Notes under the pieces: generated by a model
What the model saw: the letters and a program-made list of their open reading frames with translations, nothing else
Told to the model about the DNA's origin: nothing
The model's database searches: none
Program-made: the position numbers and the translations under genes
Part shown: piece after piece, positions 33,337 through 43,173 of the stretch
Position numbering within the stretch: position 1 is the first letter of the stretch
Layout: the number at the start of each line of letters is the position of its first letter
Assembly (NCBI GenBank): GCA_965200155.1
Contig: CBDATR010000043.1
Location: 32,001 to 96,000, forward strand
From: Nitrosopumilaceae archaeon
Lineage (GTDB): Archaea > Thermoproteota > Nitrososphaeria > Nitrososphaerales > Nitrosopumilaceae
Reading direction: 5' to 3'
Length of the DNA: 64,000 bases

Positions 33337-34206
33337 TTAATCAGACCTAGCCACATCTGGATTCCACAACCCACGCCTAGTGGCCTCGTCAATTACAGTA
33401 TCACATATGCTAGACGCCACATCAAAACAGCGGTCAGCCAGTTCCTTGGCTACGGGAATCTTGCCGTACCTTGGCTCCTGGTTCATCTCTGTTAATACGC
33501 CCAGATCAGATTTGGATGCCTTAATCCCCCAGTCAGTTGGAACCATGCTGTAAAGGTATACCAGCTTATGCGTATGAATGGGCTCTATTTCAGACCATGC
33601 CAATGCAGCTTTCAGGGCTTTTTCAGTCGCCTGCTGGGAAGCGTATGCACGATAGTCTATTTGATTTTGTGCGCTAGAATTGAATTCTATAGCGGTTTGA
33701 AGATCCCGAAGCGCATGCTCCATAAATTGTGCGCCGGACTCCATGTCATTAGTATGTCTCAAGTCGTATTTTAATTCATAATTACTGTATAATTCCACCC
33801 CCTCCAGTAATGCCATTCTTTGCACCGAGCCGCGCAGATGAGAATATTTTTCCATGGAGGATGAGGTTTCCACTATTTTATTGACATCCATTCCCAAATC
33901 ACTGTCAAGGTATGACATGCTGAGGCTGGCCACTCTAGTATTGGTGCCCTCGGGCATTACAATCATGATGTCAATATCACTGTACTTGTTGTAATCTCCA
34001 CGGGCCATGGACCCAAATAATATGATCGATAATGGTTTCAAGTCACGTACTATTCTCTCACAGACCAGTTGTATCGTGTCTGCCTGCTCTGGCAATAACA
34101 TTGCCACCAATGAGGGCGGCAACGTGATAGAATGATGTTTAGTAGTCGCGGTTGTTATACTTGGAGGCAGTATGTCGATCAATTCCGCTGGCGTAGTGGT
34201 TGCCAT
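33337..34206 (-). CDS. Fused MNT-HEPN toxin-antitoxin-like protein
   Basis: IILFGSMARGD..SDID followed by SQQATEKALKA, HTHKL and PRYG in one ORF. Confidence 0.88.
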   Translation of the reverse strand: MATTTPAELIDILPPSITTATTKHHSITLPPSLVAMLLPEQADTIQLVCERIVRDLKPLSIILFGSMARGDYNKYSDIDIMIVMPEGTNTRVASLSMSYLDSDLGMDVNKIVETSSSMEKYSHLRGSVQRMALLEGVELYSNYELKYDLRHTNDMESGAQFMEHALRDLQTAIEFNSSAQNQIDYRAYASQQATEKALKAALAWSEIEPIHTHKLVYLYSMVPTDWGIKASKSDLGVLTEMNQEPRYGKIPVAKELADRCFDVASSICDTVIDEATRRGLWNPDVARSD

Positions 34207-34466
34207 ACTACTATGATACGTGTGGTGGTATATTAGTCACTTTGTAAGGAGAATATGCAGAATCAGGCAAATCATCAATTTCCAAAACAAAACATTTCTA
34301 AGTGGAATTATTCCAGCTAATATGATGCCCAAATTTAAGACACCCACTGAAGAGATAAAGCATCTTCAAGTGAGTCTTGAACGCGCACATAAGGGGATAA
34401 AAAAGAGTGATGAAAAGCTAAAGCAGCGAGAAATGGATCTGGAAGAGATGAATAGGAAGAACAAGG

Positions 34467-34558
34467 GTATGAGTTCACGTCTTCCGGAATCTTGTGCACA
34501 AATCACATTAACTGTCGCGATCAGTTGTGCGTAAATTTAGACACAGGTGAACTCATAC
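34467..34558 (+). mobile_element. IS66-type MITE (92 bp)
   Basis: TSD GAACAAGG. Confidence 0.95.
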
Positions 34559-35355
34559 GAACAAGGAGCTGGAAAAGTCACCTGCAAACTTAACCACACA
34601 TGAAAGATGATGCATATCTTCACAAGATCAAAGAGAAAGCTGATCCGGACGATGTACGCCATTACGTAAATTTGGAAAACACAGTAAAGGATCACAAAAA
34701 GATGCATGACACTGCATTGTTGACAATCGAGGCATTCTGGTACATTTGCAGTCGTGTGTCAAAAAACATAGGCAATCACGAAAAGACTCTACTATTCAAG
34801 TATATGGATGCGAATTCAGCCGAACCGGGATCCAGACGCAAGCTGCTCTTTCATCATGCTATTTGCCATTAGAGCCAGATCAAAAATGACCGAAGCTGAA
34901 ATAGCAGTGGAATTCGGGGTGAACCAGTCCACGGTGAGTCGCTATGTCAGCGTCTTATCAACCAGGAGGCACTGGCGTCACCGGTGAAGATAACTGAGGC
35001 CATAGGTGCGGCAAAAACCAACGAGGATATCACGAACATGCTGGCAGAGGAGGATGGCGTCATACCTTTGATACTGGATGGTACTGTAGTACGGACGGTG
35101 CGTCCCATAGACCCCCGGAAACAAAAAAGTCAATACTCCGGAAAAAAGAAATCACATATACTGATACTGACCGATATTCACGGGGCCACAATATGGACCA
35201 GCGACGCCTTTGATGGTAGTACGCACGATTTTAGTATTCTAAAGCAGTCCATCTAAAGGGATTAGGATTACTATTTGAGGCCATGATCAAAAAGAACTCC
35301 GGATTAAAGGTAAAACTGTACACGGATCTGGGATTTGTGGGTATAGAAAAGATAT

Positions 35356-35447
35356 GTATGAGTTCACCTGTGTCTAAATTTACGCACAACTGATCGCGAC
35401 AGTTAATGTGATTTGTGCACAAGATTCCGGAAGATGTGAACTCATAC
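35356..35447 (-). mobile_element. IS66-type MITE (92 bp)
   Basis: TSD AAAGATAT. Confidence 0.95.
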
Positions 35448-35883
35448 AAAGATATTACCGGGAATAATATCCATCCAGCCGCTCAAGAGATCAAAACATG
35501 AGAAACTAACATGAGAAACACAACGCGCGTATAAACAAGACCAGAATAAAGGTAGATCAAAGTATAAAGATGTCAACTAGAATGTCCGACATATATCTTG
35601 GAACCATATCTATGAAGAGTTTCAGATGGCTTGTGCCATAGTAAACACAATGGTCATATATTAGTCGGGATCAGGATCCCTTCGGACTGCTACCAGCACC
35701 GGAATAAGATCCGTCATGTTCTGATGTCGTCGAGTGCATGTTTCCCTATTCATCAACTAGTCGTTAACAGTTTCATGCGGGGCACATTACTCCATATGTT
35801 TTTCCGGCTTTTAGACTTAAAACGACTGTTTTAAAATGAAAATTATGTAGATGAATTTATTTCTAGATATTAGCAGTAGATTC

Positions 35884-35975
35884 GTATGAGTTCACGTCTT
35901 CTGGAATCTTATGTACAAATCACATTAACTGTCGCGATCAGTTATGCGTAAATTTAGACACAGGTGAACTCATAC
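35884..35975 (+). mobile_element. IS66-type MITE (92 bp)
   Basis: TSD GTAGATTC. Confidence 0.95.
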
Positions 35976-36252
35976 GTAGATTCTGTACATTTTATGTTTT
36001 AGAGAACTGATTATTTGTCTGATTCTGCATATTCTCTAATGGACTATCGGATAATTAATGAACGATTCCATCAATAGACCTTATGCGCATGATTGACAGG
36101 AATAGCCCATGTTGCTTCAAACTGGGGTGTATTTTATGGCACACAATCAGTCAAGCATGAACAATGTGAATGGTACCTGCCAGCACTAACGTATGTCGTG
36201 TAGTGGGGTAACCGGATCTTGATGACGTATATCATGAGTGAGCTAAACGGTT

Positions 36253-36351
36253 GTATGAGTTCACCTGTGTCTAAATTTACGCACAACTGATAGAACCGGT
36301 TACCAGTTAATGTGATTTGTGCACAAGATTCCGGAAGACGTGAACTCATAC
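36253..36351 (-). mobile_element. IS66-type MITE (99 bp, AGAACCGGTTAC variant)
   Basis: Full TIRs; an adjacent ~11-bp deletion relative to the other IS copy replaces the TSD. Confidence 0.9.
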
Positions 36352-36406
36352 CATTAATTTAGTGGATTTTCTGATGAGTAATATTCGAATTATAATAACA
36401 CGGAAA

Positions 36407-37510
36407 TTATGGACAGATATTTTTCAAGAATTTCTTGTACCTGGTATGCTTGTGCATAATGTGTAAATTATGCAACCCAGATACTACGAGTAGATCTTCC
36501 CGGAATTCCTCACGACTACCATCATATACCTGACTTAATCTACGATATACCTTTAGCATTCGAATTACATTCTCGATTAATATGCGCCTTTTTGATACAT
36601 ATTGGTTGTATTTCCTTTCAGTTTTAGTGAGTGATTCCCTACCCCTGTATGGAATTATGACCTTTGCGCCGGGTAGGAAGTCTTTCATACCCTGGTATCC
36701 TGCATCTGCTATTACTGTTATCTTCTCAGATGGCAGCGTGGTTGATTCTTTTAGGGACTTGCCCCATTTGCCACCGAGGGGAATATCATTCTTGAATATA
36801 CCATAATCGTGTCTTTTTCCCTCATATACTCCACTGACGTGAATTATCAGTCTTTTCTTGTTTGATGTTATCTGTACGTTATACGTATGGGTTTTTTGTT
36901 TACCAGAGTACATTGCCTCCTGATTTTTTTCAGGACGCTGTACGCGTACATGTGTCCCGTCAGTCTTTATCTCCCCTCCGGCTCGACCGGGAACAATTTC
37001 CTTAAAGTCGGGTGTTGACTTGATTTGTGATATTGCTTTTGCAACGGTATCGGCCGTTGGGAGTATCTTGATCAGTCCCTGCTTTGTAAACTGGATGTAA
37101 CGGCATATGTTTGACTGGTTTATCTTGAGTATTGCAGCAAGAAGCTCCTGCTTTGTGTTGCAGCGCAGGCGTATCAGTGTAACTAAGAGTACATGCCTAA
37201 TGGGAAATTTGTTCACATGGCCGCGATCATTTGTAAGTTCTAAGAATCGCCGTGCATCATCGCCTTCCAGGGACTCTACGTATTCTGTGAATCTGGTTAG
37301 TATCCATTTGAACTCTTCCGGAGTGCATCCGGTCAGGGAATGAAGCTGATCCTTGCGTTCTATGATGTCATCGAGATTTGAAACGAGGGCATTCTTTGTT
37401 TGAGCTTCAAGTTTGGCGTGCAGGTTTGTTACTTCGGCCTCGGACCTGGTGCGTAGCCGGTAGTACTCTGTGACTAACTGCTCCTTGGTGAGTTCTTCTG
37501 CTTTTAGCAT
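36407..37510 (-). CDS. IS5-family transposase (DDE_Tnp_4-like)
   Basis: HTH plus DDE motifs; near-identical to 40024-41169. Confidence 0.9.
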   Translation of the reverse strand: MLKAEELTKEQLVTEYYRLRTRSEAEVTNLHAKLEAQTKNALVSNLDDIIERKDQLHSLTGCTPEEFKWILTRFTEYVESLEGDDARRFLELTNDRGHVNKFPIRHVLLVTLIRLRCNTKQELLAAILKINQSNICRYIQFTKQGLIKILPTADTVAKAISQIKSTPDFKEIVPGRAGGEIKTDGTHVRVQRPEKNQEAMYSGKQKTHTYNVQITSNKKRLIIHVSGVYEGKRHDYGIFKNDIPLGGKWGKSLKESTTLPSEKITVIADAGYQGMKDFLPGAKVIIPYRGRESLTKTERKYNQYVSKRRILIENVIRMLKVYRRLSQVYDGSREEFREDLLVVSGLHNLHIMHKHTRYKKFLKNICP

Positions 37511-37965
37511 ACCTGGTATTACAAAATTAGGTCTTAACTTTTCTGTTTCATACGAGTCTGTGTGGGAAAACCCATGATATTAGGTCAATTGCTCGTATCT
37601 AACAACTTGGTTTAGACGTGCAGGGTGGGAGAAGTGATTCTGCGCATACGGTCTAATAATCGCGTGAATTCATACCGACGATTACTAAACTCCAAACATA
37701 TTTAGATGATTCTATCCACTGCTGGTGTATTGGAGAGTCTAATGCATACAATTGAGATCATACGTTCCAAGATACATGAGCATGAATCAGTTTTATCACA
37801 GAATGAAAGCATGACTAGATATGTGTTAGTAGATCCATTGCTTCAAGGATTAGGTTGGGACTTGTCTGATCCAAATCAGGTAGAAACAGAAGTACATATC
37901 AATAAGAACAGTTATTTGGATTATATGTTGGGAAGAAAAATAATAATCGAAGCGAAAAAATTAGG

Positions 37966-39705
37966 GTATGAGTTCACGTGTTTTGATCACATAATAAGAT
38001 AGAATACATCCCAGTTTTTTTAATTATAACTGCATTCTGGCAGCAACCTCGTTCATTACAGAAAGGCCCTGAGCCCTCCATGTCTGAACACATGATACAA
38101 ATGTAGACATGCGGCGCATTGCCCTTTCGCCACCCTTTATCTGACCACTAATCTTGCGGAATACCACTGCGTATCGCAAAGCCTGCTCCGCTGGATTGTT
38201 GGTGGGCTCTACACAGTCATATTCTAAGAATACGAACATACATGGTATGGCCTTATTCAATCCTTTTACCTTCTTTTGTAGTTCAGTATCATTAACATCA
38301 CAGTACTGATGCAGAATGGATTCTGCTCCTGTCTCAAATGAGTGTCGTAATTGCGCGGACGGCCCGCAGTGATTCAGGGATTCCCGTGCGCTCCGGAACA
38401 ATCCTTTCAGGTCGTTGTCAAGTTTGATCCGGGCGTACTGAGCACCGGGATCAATATAGAATCCTGCATGTAATGCCTGGGTATCGCGCAGTAAATGCGC
38501 CCAACACAACTGGTGCCTCCCACCGTCATCAAACCGGCGATACACAACGTACCTGTCCGTTACTATCGCACCATGGTAACCGTTAAGGTATTTGTTCACT
38601 ACATTTGAACTCCTACTTTTGTCATATATGGACATCATCCACTCTTCGGCCCGCATCCCCCATACCCAACCACGCCTACCCGCCAGTGATATACCAGTTT
38701 CGTCCACATGTATGCTGGGTGATTTTATTATATTCTCATGAATTGTTTCCATAAATGATTCACATGCATCGGCGGCCCTGGCAATTATGTTGTTTACCGC
38801 ACCCACAGATATATTCAGGCCGAAGAGATCCTTCGAAATTACAGGTATGCGTTTTATTGGAATCTTTTCCGCACGCAATGCAGTGATAGCACCACATAAT
38901 TGAACCCCAAAATCACCACTCTTTGGGACGCCAGCTGCTGGGGCCAGTTGTTTTTTGCCGCACCCACACGCAGCCATTTCTATCACATGAAGGGTCTCCT
39001 CTATTTTGGCTGGTATTAATTCCGTTATGTGTCGTTGTTTCCAACCAATTTTTGTCATCATATTGCCGCACTCACATAGTGGAGTATGCTCAAAGGTGTG
39101 ATGCACTATTCTGCCGGGGTTGTGGGAACGGGAAACCCCCTTGTGTCCCTTTTGAGCGCCAGCCTTTTTGGCTGATTTAGTACTGGCTTCTTTCTGTTTC
39201 TTATTATCTCCCTGTTTTCGCTTCTGTTCCTCCTGTTTTCGCTTCTTGTACTGGAGGGATTGAAGGGATGGTGGCGAGTGGGCATTCTCATAATATTTAA
39301 GTCGCGTTGTGAGTACCGCAATTTTCCTGTCTTTTTCTACTAATTCCTCTTTCAATTCATTTACATAATTTATAATAATTTGGAAATCTTGTGCGAGATT
39401 TCGTATTTCTTTTGTGGTGCGGGACACATATGCTTCCAATACTCTCACACGTTCCTTGTAATGTGCAAGATCTTTCTCGGTAGCCGCAAGACGTAGGACA
39501 AGGCGGCCCATGGCCCCTGCCTTGTAATGTGCAAGTTCTTTCTTGGTAGACGCAAGGGTATCCTGAAGAAGCTTATTTTTCAGTTCTAATTCCTTATAGG
39601 ACAGGCGTCTTCTCATTAGATTCTTATTGCAAATTTGGTATTTAAGCAAAATATTGTCATACCAATCTATATCTTAGTGAATGATCAAAACACGTGAACT
39701 CATAC
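37966..39705 (-). mobile_element. Intact IS66-family element (single-ORF, ISBst12-like)
   Basis: 24-bp perfect TIR GTATGAGTTCACGTGTTTTGATCA; 8-bp TSD AAATTAGG. Confidence 0.95.
38024..39649 (-). CDS. tnpC: IS66-family transposase TnpC
   Basis: Coiled coil, HSPPS, GAQKGHKG, zinc ribbon, HVDETG, VTDRYVVY, HQLCWAHLLRD and PTNNPAEQALR. Confidence 0.95.
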   Translation of the reverse strand: MLKYQICNKNLMRRRLSYKELELKNKLLQDTLASTKKELAHYKAGAMGRLVLRLAATEKDLAHYKERVRVLEAYVSRTTKEIRNLAQDFQIIINYVNELKEELVEKDRKIAVLTTRLKYYENAHSPPSLQSLQYKKRKQEEQKRKQGDNKKQKEASTKSAKKAGAQKGHKGVSRSHNPGRIVHHTFEHTPLCECGNMMTKIGWKQRHITELIPAKIEETLHVIEMAACGCGKKQLAPAAGVPKSGDFGVQLCGAITALRAEKIPIKRIPVISKDLFGLNISVGAVNNIIARAADACESFMETIHENIIKSPSIHVDETGISLAGRRGWVWGMRAEEWMMSIYDKSRSSNVVNKYLNGYHGAIVTDRYVVYRRFDDGGRHQLCWAHLLRDTQALHAGFYIDPGAQYARIKLDNDLKGLFRSARESLNHCGPSAQLRHSFETGAESILHQYCDVNDTELQKKVKGLNKAIPCMFVFLEYDCVEPTNNPAEQALRYAVVFRKISGQIKGGERAMRRMSTFVSCVQTWRAQGLSVMNEVAARMQL

Positions 39706-39881
39706 AAATTAGGTACTCGTTTGGATGATTCTCGTGAGCAATTACTTGGTTACATGAAAGATGAAAAAGAACTCCAATATGGTATACTCACCAATGGTAA
39801 TTACTGGCGAATATTCACACCCAATTCGACCTCTATAAGTTGTGAATGTGAAATTAAAAGTAGTGATGTTGGAAATACATT

Positions 39882-41427
39882 AGACCGTATGCGCAGAATC
39901 ACTTCTCCCACCCTGCACGTCTAAACCAAGTTGTTAGATACGAACAATTGACCTAGTATCATGGGTTTTCCCACAGACTCGTGTGAAACAGAAAAGTTAA
40001 GACCTAATTTTGTAATACCAGGTATGCTAAAAGCAGAAGAACTCACCAGGGTGCAGTTAGTCACAGAGTACTACCGGCTACGCACCAGGTCCGAGGCCGA
40101 AGTAACAAACCTGCGTGGCAAAGTTGACAGTTTACGTGGGAAAAATGACAGCCTGCACGCCAAACTTGAAGCTCAAACAAAGAATGCCCTCGTTTCAAAT
40201 CTCGATGGCATCATAGAACGCAAGGATCAGCTTCATTCCCTGACCGGGTGCACCCCGGAAGAGTTCAAATGGATATTAATCAGATTCACAGAATACGTAG
40301 AGTCCCTGGAAGGCGATGATGCACGGCGATTCTTAGAACTTACAAATGATCGCGGGCACGTGAACAAATTTCCGGTCAGGCATGTACTCTTAGTTACACT
40401 GATACGCCTGCGCTGCAATACAAAGCAGGAGCTGCTGGCAGCAATACTCAAGATAAACCAGTCAAACATATGCCGTTACATCCAGTTTACAAAGCAGGGA
40501 CTGATCAAGATACTCCCAACGGCCGATACCGTTGCAAAAGCAATATCGCAAATCAAGTCAGCATCGGACTTTAAGGAAATTGTTCCCGGTCGAGCCGGAG
40601 GGGAAATAAAGACTGACGGGACACATGTACGCGTACAACGTCCTGAAAAAAATCAGGAGGCAATGTACTCTGGTAAACAAAAAACCCACACGTATAACGT
40701 ACAGATAACATCAAACAAGAAAAGACTGATAATTCACGTAAGTGGAGTATATGAGGGAAAAAGACACGATTATGGCATATTCAAGAATGATATTCCCCTT
40801 GGAGGCAAATGGGGCAAGTCCCTAAAAGAATCAACCACGCCGCCATCCGATAAGATAACAGTAATAGCAGATGCAGGATACCAGGGTATGAAAGACTTCC
40901 TACCCGGCGCAAAGGTCATGATTCCATACAGGGGTAGGGAATCACTCACTAAAACTGAAAGGAAATACAACCAATATGTATCAAAAAGGCGCATATTAAT
41001 CGAGAATGTAATTCGAATGCTAAAGGTATATCGTAGATTAAGTCAGGTATATGATGGTAGTCGTGAGGAATTCCGGGAAGATCTACTCGTAGTATCCGGG
41101 TTGCATAATTTACACATTATGCACAAGCATACCAGGTACAAGAAATTCTTGAAAAATATCTGTCCATAATTTCCGTGATATTATAATTCGAATATTACTC
41201 ATCAGAAAATCCACTAAATTAATGGGTTTTGTGGTAACCATTTAGCTCACTCATGATATACGTCATCAAGATCCGGTCACCCCACTACACGACATTTGTA
41301 ATCACGGCATACGTTAGTGCTGGCAGGTGCCATTCACATTGTTCATGCTTGACTGATTGTGTGCCATAAAATACACCCCAGTTTGAAGCAACATGGGCTA
41401 TTCCTGTCAATCATGCGCATAAGGTCT
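39882..41427 (+). mobile_element. IS5-family type b element, second copy
   Basis: AGACCGTATGCGCA...TGCGCATAAGGTCT; TSD ATT. Confidence 0.9.
40024..41169 (+). CDS. IS5-family transposase
   Basis: As 36407-37510 plus 14 extra residues in the coiled coil. Confidence 0.9.
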   Translation: MLKAEELTRVQLVTEYYRLRTRSEAEVTNLRGKVDSLRGKNDSLHAKLEAQTKNALVSNLDGIIERKDQLHSLTGCTPEEFKWILIRFTEYVESLEGDDARRFLELTNDRGHVNKFPVRHVLLVTLIRLRCNTKQELLAAILKINQSNICRYIQFTKQGLIKILPTADTVAKAISQIKSASDFKEIVPGRAGGEIKTDGTHVRVQRPEKNQEAMYSGKQKTHTYNVQITSNKKRLIIHVSGVYEGKRHDYGIFKNDIPLGGKWGKSLKESTTPPSDKITVIADAGYQGMKDFLPGAKVMIPYRGRESLTKTERKYNQYVSKRRILIENVIRMLKVYRRLSQVYDGSREEFREDLLVVSGLHNLHIMHKHTRYKKFLKNICP

Positions 41428-41909
41428 ATTGTCTGTGTTATCAAAATTCTACAAACAATTAATTCAATTACCGTCAAATAACATGCATTCATCACAAGTT
41501 ACGGATTCGAATCAATCATCAGAAGAGCAAGTGGATAAACAAAAAATTGTATGCTTGGACAAGGTTGTTGTAAAGAAACATACTAAGCCACTTAAGATAA
41601 TATTCCCAGACAACAATAGTGTACAGTTGAATACTTGGATTGGTGTACTGGAATATATTGTAGAGTATTTAATAAAAAATAATAAACTAAAGAAAGAAGA
41701 TCTTCCAATTCCACCAGAAGCACAGACGTATATCATAAATACCAAACCGAAACATAAAGCGAGAAATTTTATACGTTATAAGAAAATATGTGGTATGTAT
41801 ATAGATGTAAATATTAGTGGTCAGTGTTGTGTACAAAATGCAATTAAATTAATTAAAGCTACAAATACACGTCTCCCTGATTTTAAATTAGTATTAGCTA
41901 CTAGTTAAT

Positions 41910-41993
41910 GATACGATATGTCTAATTTTACACACGACGTATCACAATAATTAGTGTGATTTAAGCACGTAAATATAAGATGTAAACTCGTAC
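41910..41993 (-). mobile_element. IS66-type MITE, very degenerate
   Basis: TGTCTAATTTTACAC...TGTGATTT..GCAC..AAGATGTAAACTCGTAC is colinear with the consensus. Confidence 0.55.
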
Positions 41994-42002
41994 GATTATC
42001 CA

Positions 42003-42930
42003 CTATTCCACATAATGATGATGAACCAAATCATCATAGAATCTGACCGATTTTATATTAACAAACTCCAGCATTCCATACCTTGATAGCTCCCTCCCAA
42101 ATCCACTATGCTTTATCCCACCAAAGGGAATTCTGGGATCTGATACGACCACATTATTCACGCTAACTATTCCTGATTCAATGCGCCTCGATATCTTTTC
42201 TGCCTTCTGTAAGTTCTTTGTCCATATACTGGCACCCAGACCAAACTCAATATCATTGGCAAGTCTTATGGCCTCGTTTTCATCCTCGACTATAGTTATG
42301 GGTGCAACAGGTCCAAAGGTCTCCTCACTGGTAATCCTCATATTTGATTCTATATTGGTAAGTATGGTCGGCTTGTAAAAGAACCCGTCCCTGTCCATTT
42401 GCGAGCCTCCCAAAAGTATCTCTGCTCCCTTCTCCTTTGCATCCTCCACAATCCCAGAAATGGTATCAAGGCTATCTTTGCTTGAGAGGGGGCCAATATC
42501 TGTCTCCAATGATGCAGGATCCCCAACTCTCAACTGTGACGTCTTTTTAACAAACATCTCTATGAAATCCTTGGCAACACTCTTACTCACAAAGAACCGC
42601 TTTGATGCCACACAGCTCTGCCCGCAATTGATAAATCTGCCCTTTACGGCTCCTTCGGCTGCCTTCTCTACTATTGCATCATCTAATACTATGAAGGGAT
42701 CACTACCTCCCAGCTCCAGGACACATTTTTTCAGGTTCCTGGCTGCTCTTTGGCCCACCTTTGCCCCTGCATTTGTACTTCCAGTAAAAGTGACAGCATT
42801 CACGTCCGAGTCAATCAGGTGATTCGCCGAGTCCACACTACCGACGACTGTCTGAAATATTCCCTCGGGTATACCTGATTCAGTAAACGCCTTTTCTATC
42901 TCCAATCCAGATTGCAATGTAACCCTGGAC
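42003..42930 (-). pseudogene. NAD(P)-dependent aldehyde dehydrogenase (succinate-semialdehyde dehydrogenase-like), 5' part removed at a MITE
   Basis: FTGS, LELGGSDP, NCGQSCVA, EETFGP and PFGGIKHSGFGRE motifs; N-terminal third missing. Confidence 0.9.
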
Positions 42931-43022
42931 GTATGAGTTCACCTGTGTCTAAATTTACGCATAACTGATCGCGACAGTTAATGTGATTTGTGCATAAGAT
43001 TCCGGAAGACGTGAACTCATAC
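42931..43022 (-). mobile_element. IS66-type MITE (92 bp) at a rearrangement junction
   Basis: Full consensus; no TSD. Confidence 0.9.
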
Positions 43023-43024
43023 CC

Positions 43025-43108
43025 GGCGTCTGCTCATTAGGTTCTTATTGTAAATTTAGTATTTAAGCAAAATATTGTCATACCACGTCAAAACACATGA
43101 ACTCATAC
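43025..43108 (-). mobile_element. Remnant of the IS66 left end
   Basis: Matches 39604-39705 (GGCGTC..CTCATTAG..GTATTTAAGCAAAATATTGTCATACCA..TGAACTCATAC). Confidence 0.85.
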
Positions 43109-43136
43109 AATGATTTCTCACTACTACAGGCGCCAA

Positions 43137-43173
43137 CCCATTAACGGAACAATGATGCAATCATTATAGTATG
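43137..43173 (+). promoter_or_regulatory. Upstream element shared with 46108-46144
   Basis: 37 bp with 4 mismatches, each copy ending at the ATG of a paralog. Confidence 0.6.

Larger units (their letters stand above)
34250..36035 (+). mobile_element. IS5-family type a element, second copy, pseudogenised and containing three MITEs
   Basis: Same TIR and sequence as 10243-11857, with several short deletions. Confidence 0.85.
36076..37654 (-). mobile_element. IS5-family type b element with open transposase ORF (36407-37510)
   Basis: TIR AGACC(T/G)TATGCGCA; 3-bp TSD AAT; DGT, YSGK, HD, DAGYQG and RILIEN motifs. Confidence 0.9.
37706..41908 (+). pseudogene. HsdR_N-like (PD-(D/E)xK) restriction nuclease gene, interrupted by IS66 and IS5 type b
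   Basis: NESMTRYVLVDPLLQGLGWD, LDY..IIEAKKLG | QL..Y...GILTNG..W | C-terminal domain; the three parts rejoin in frame when both IS and one TSD each are removed. Confidence 0.8.

Noticed and set aside
36780-36792. GGAATATCATTCT as a scar
   Set aside because: Present in both IS5b copies within the coding frame, with no unscarred allele to compare
36076-41427. Large inverted repeat as casposon or provirus termini
   Set aside because: These are two independent IS5 insertions, each with its own 3-bp TSD
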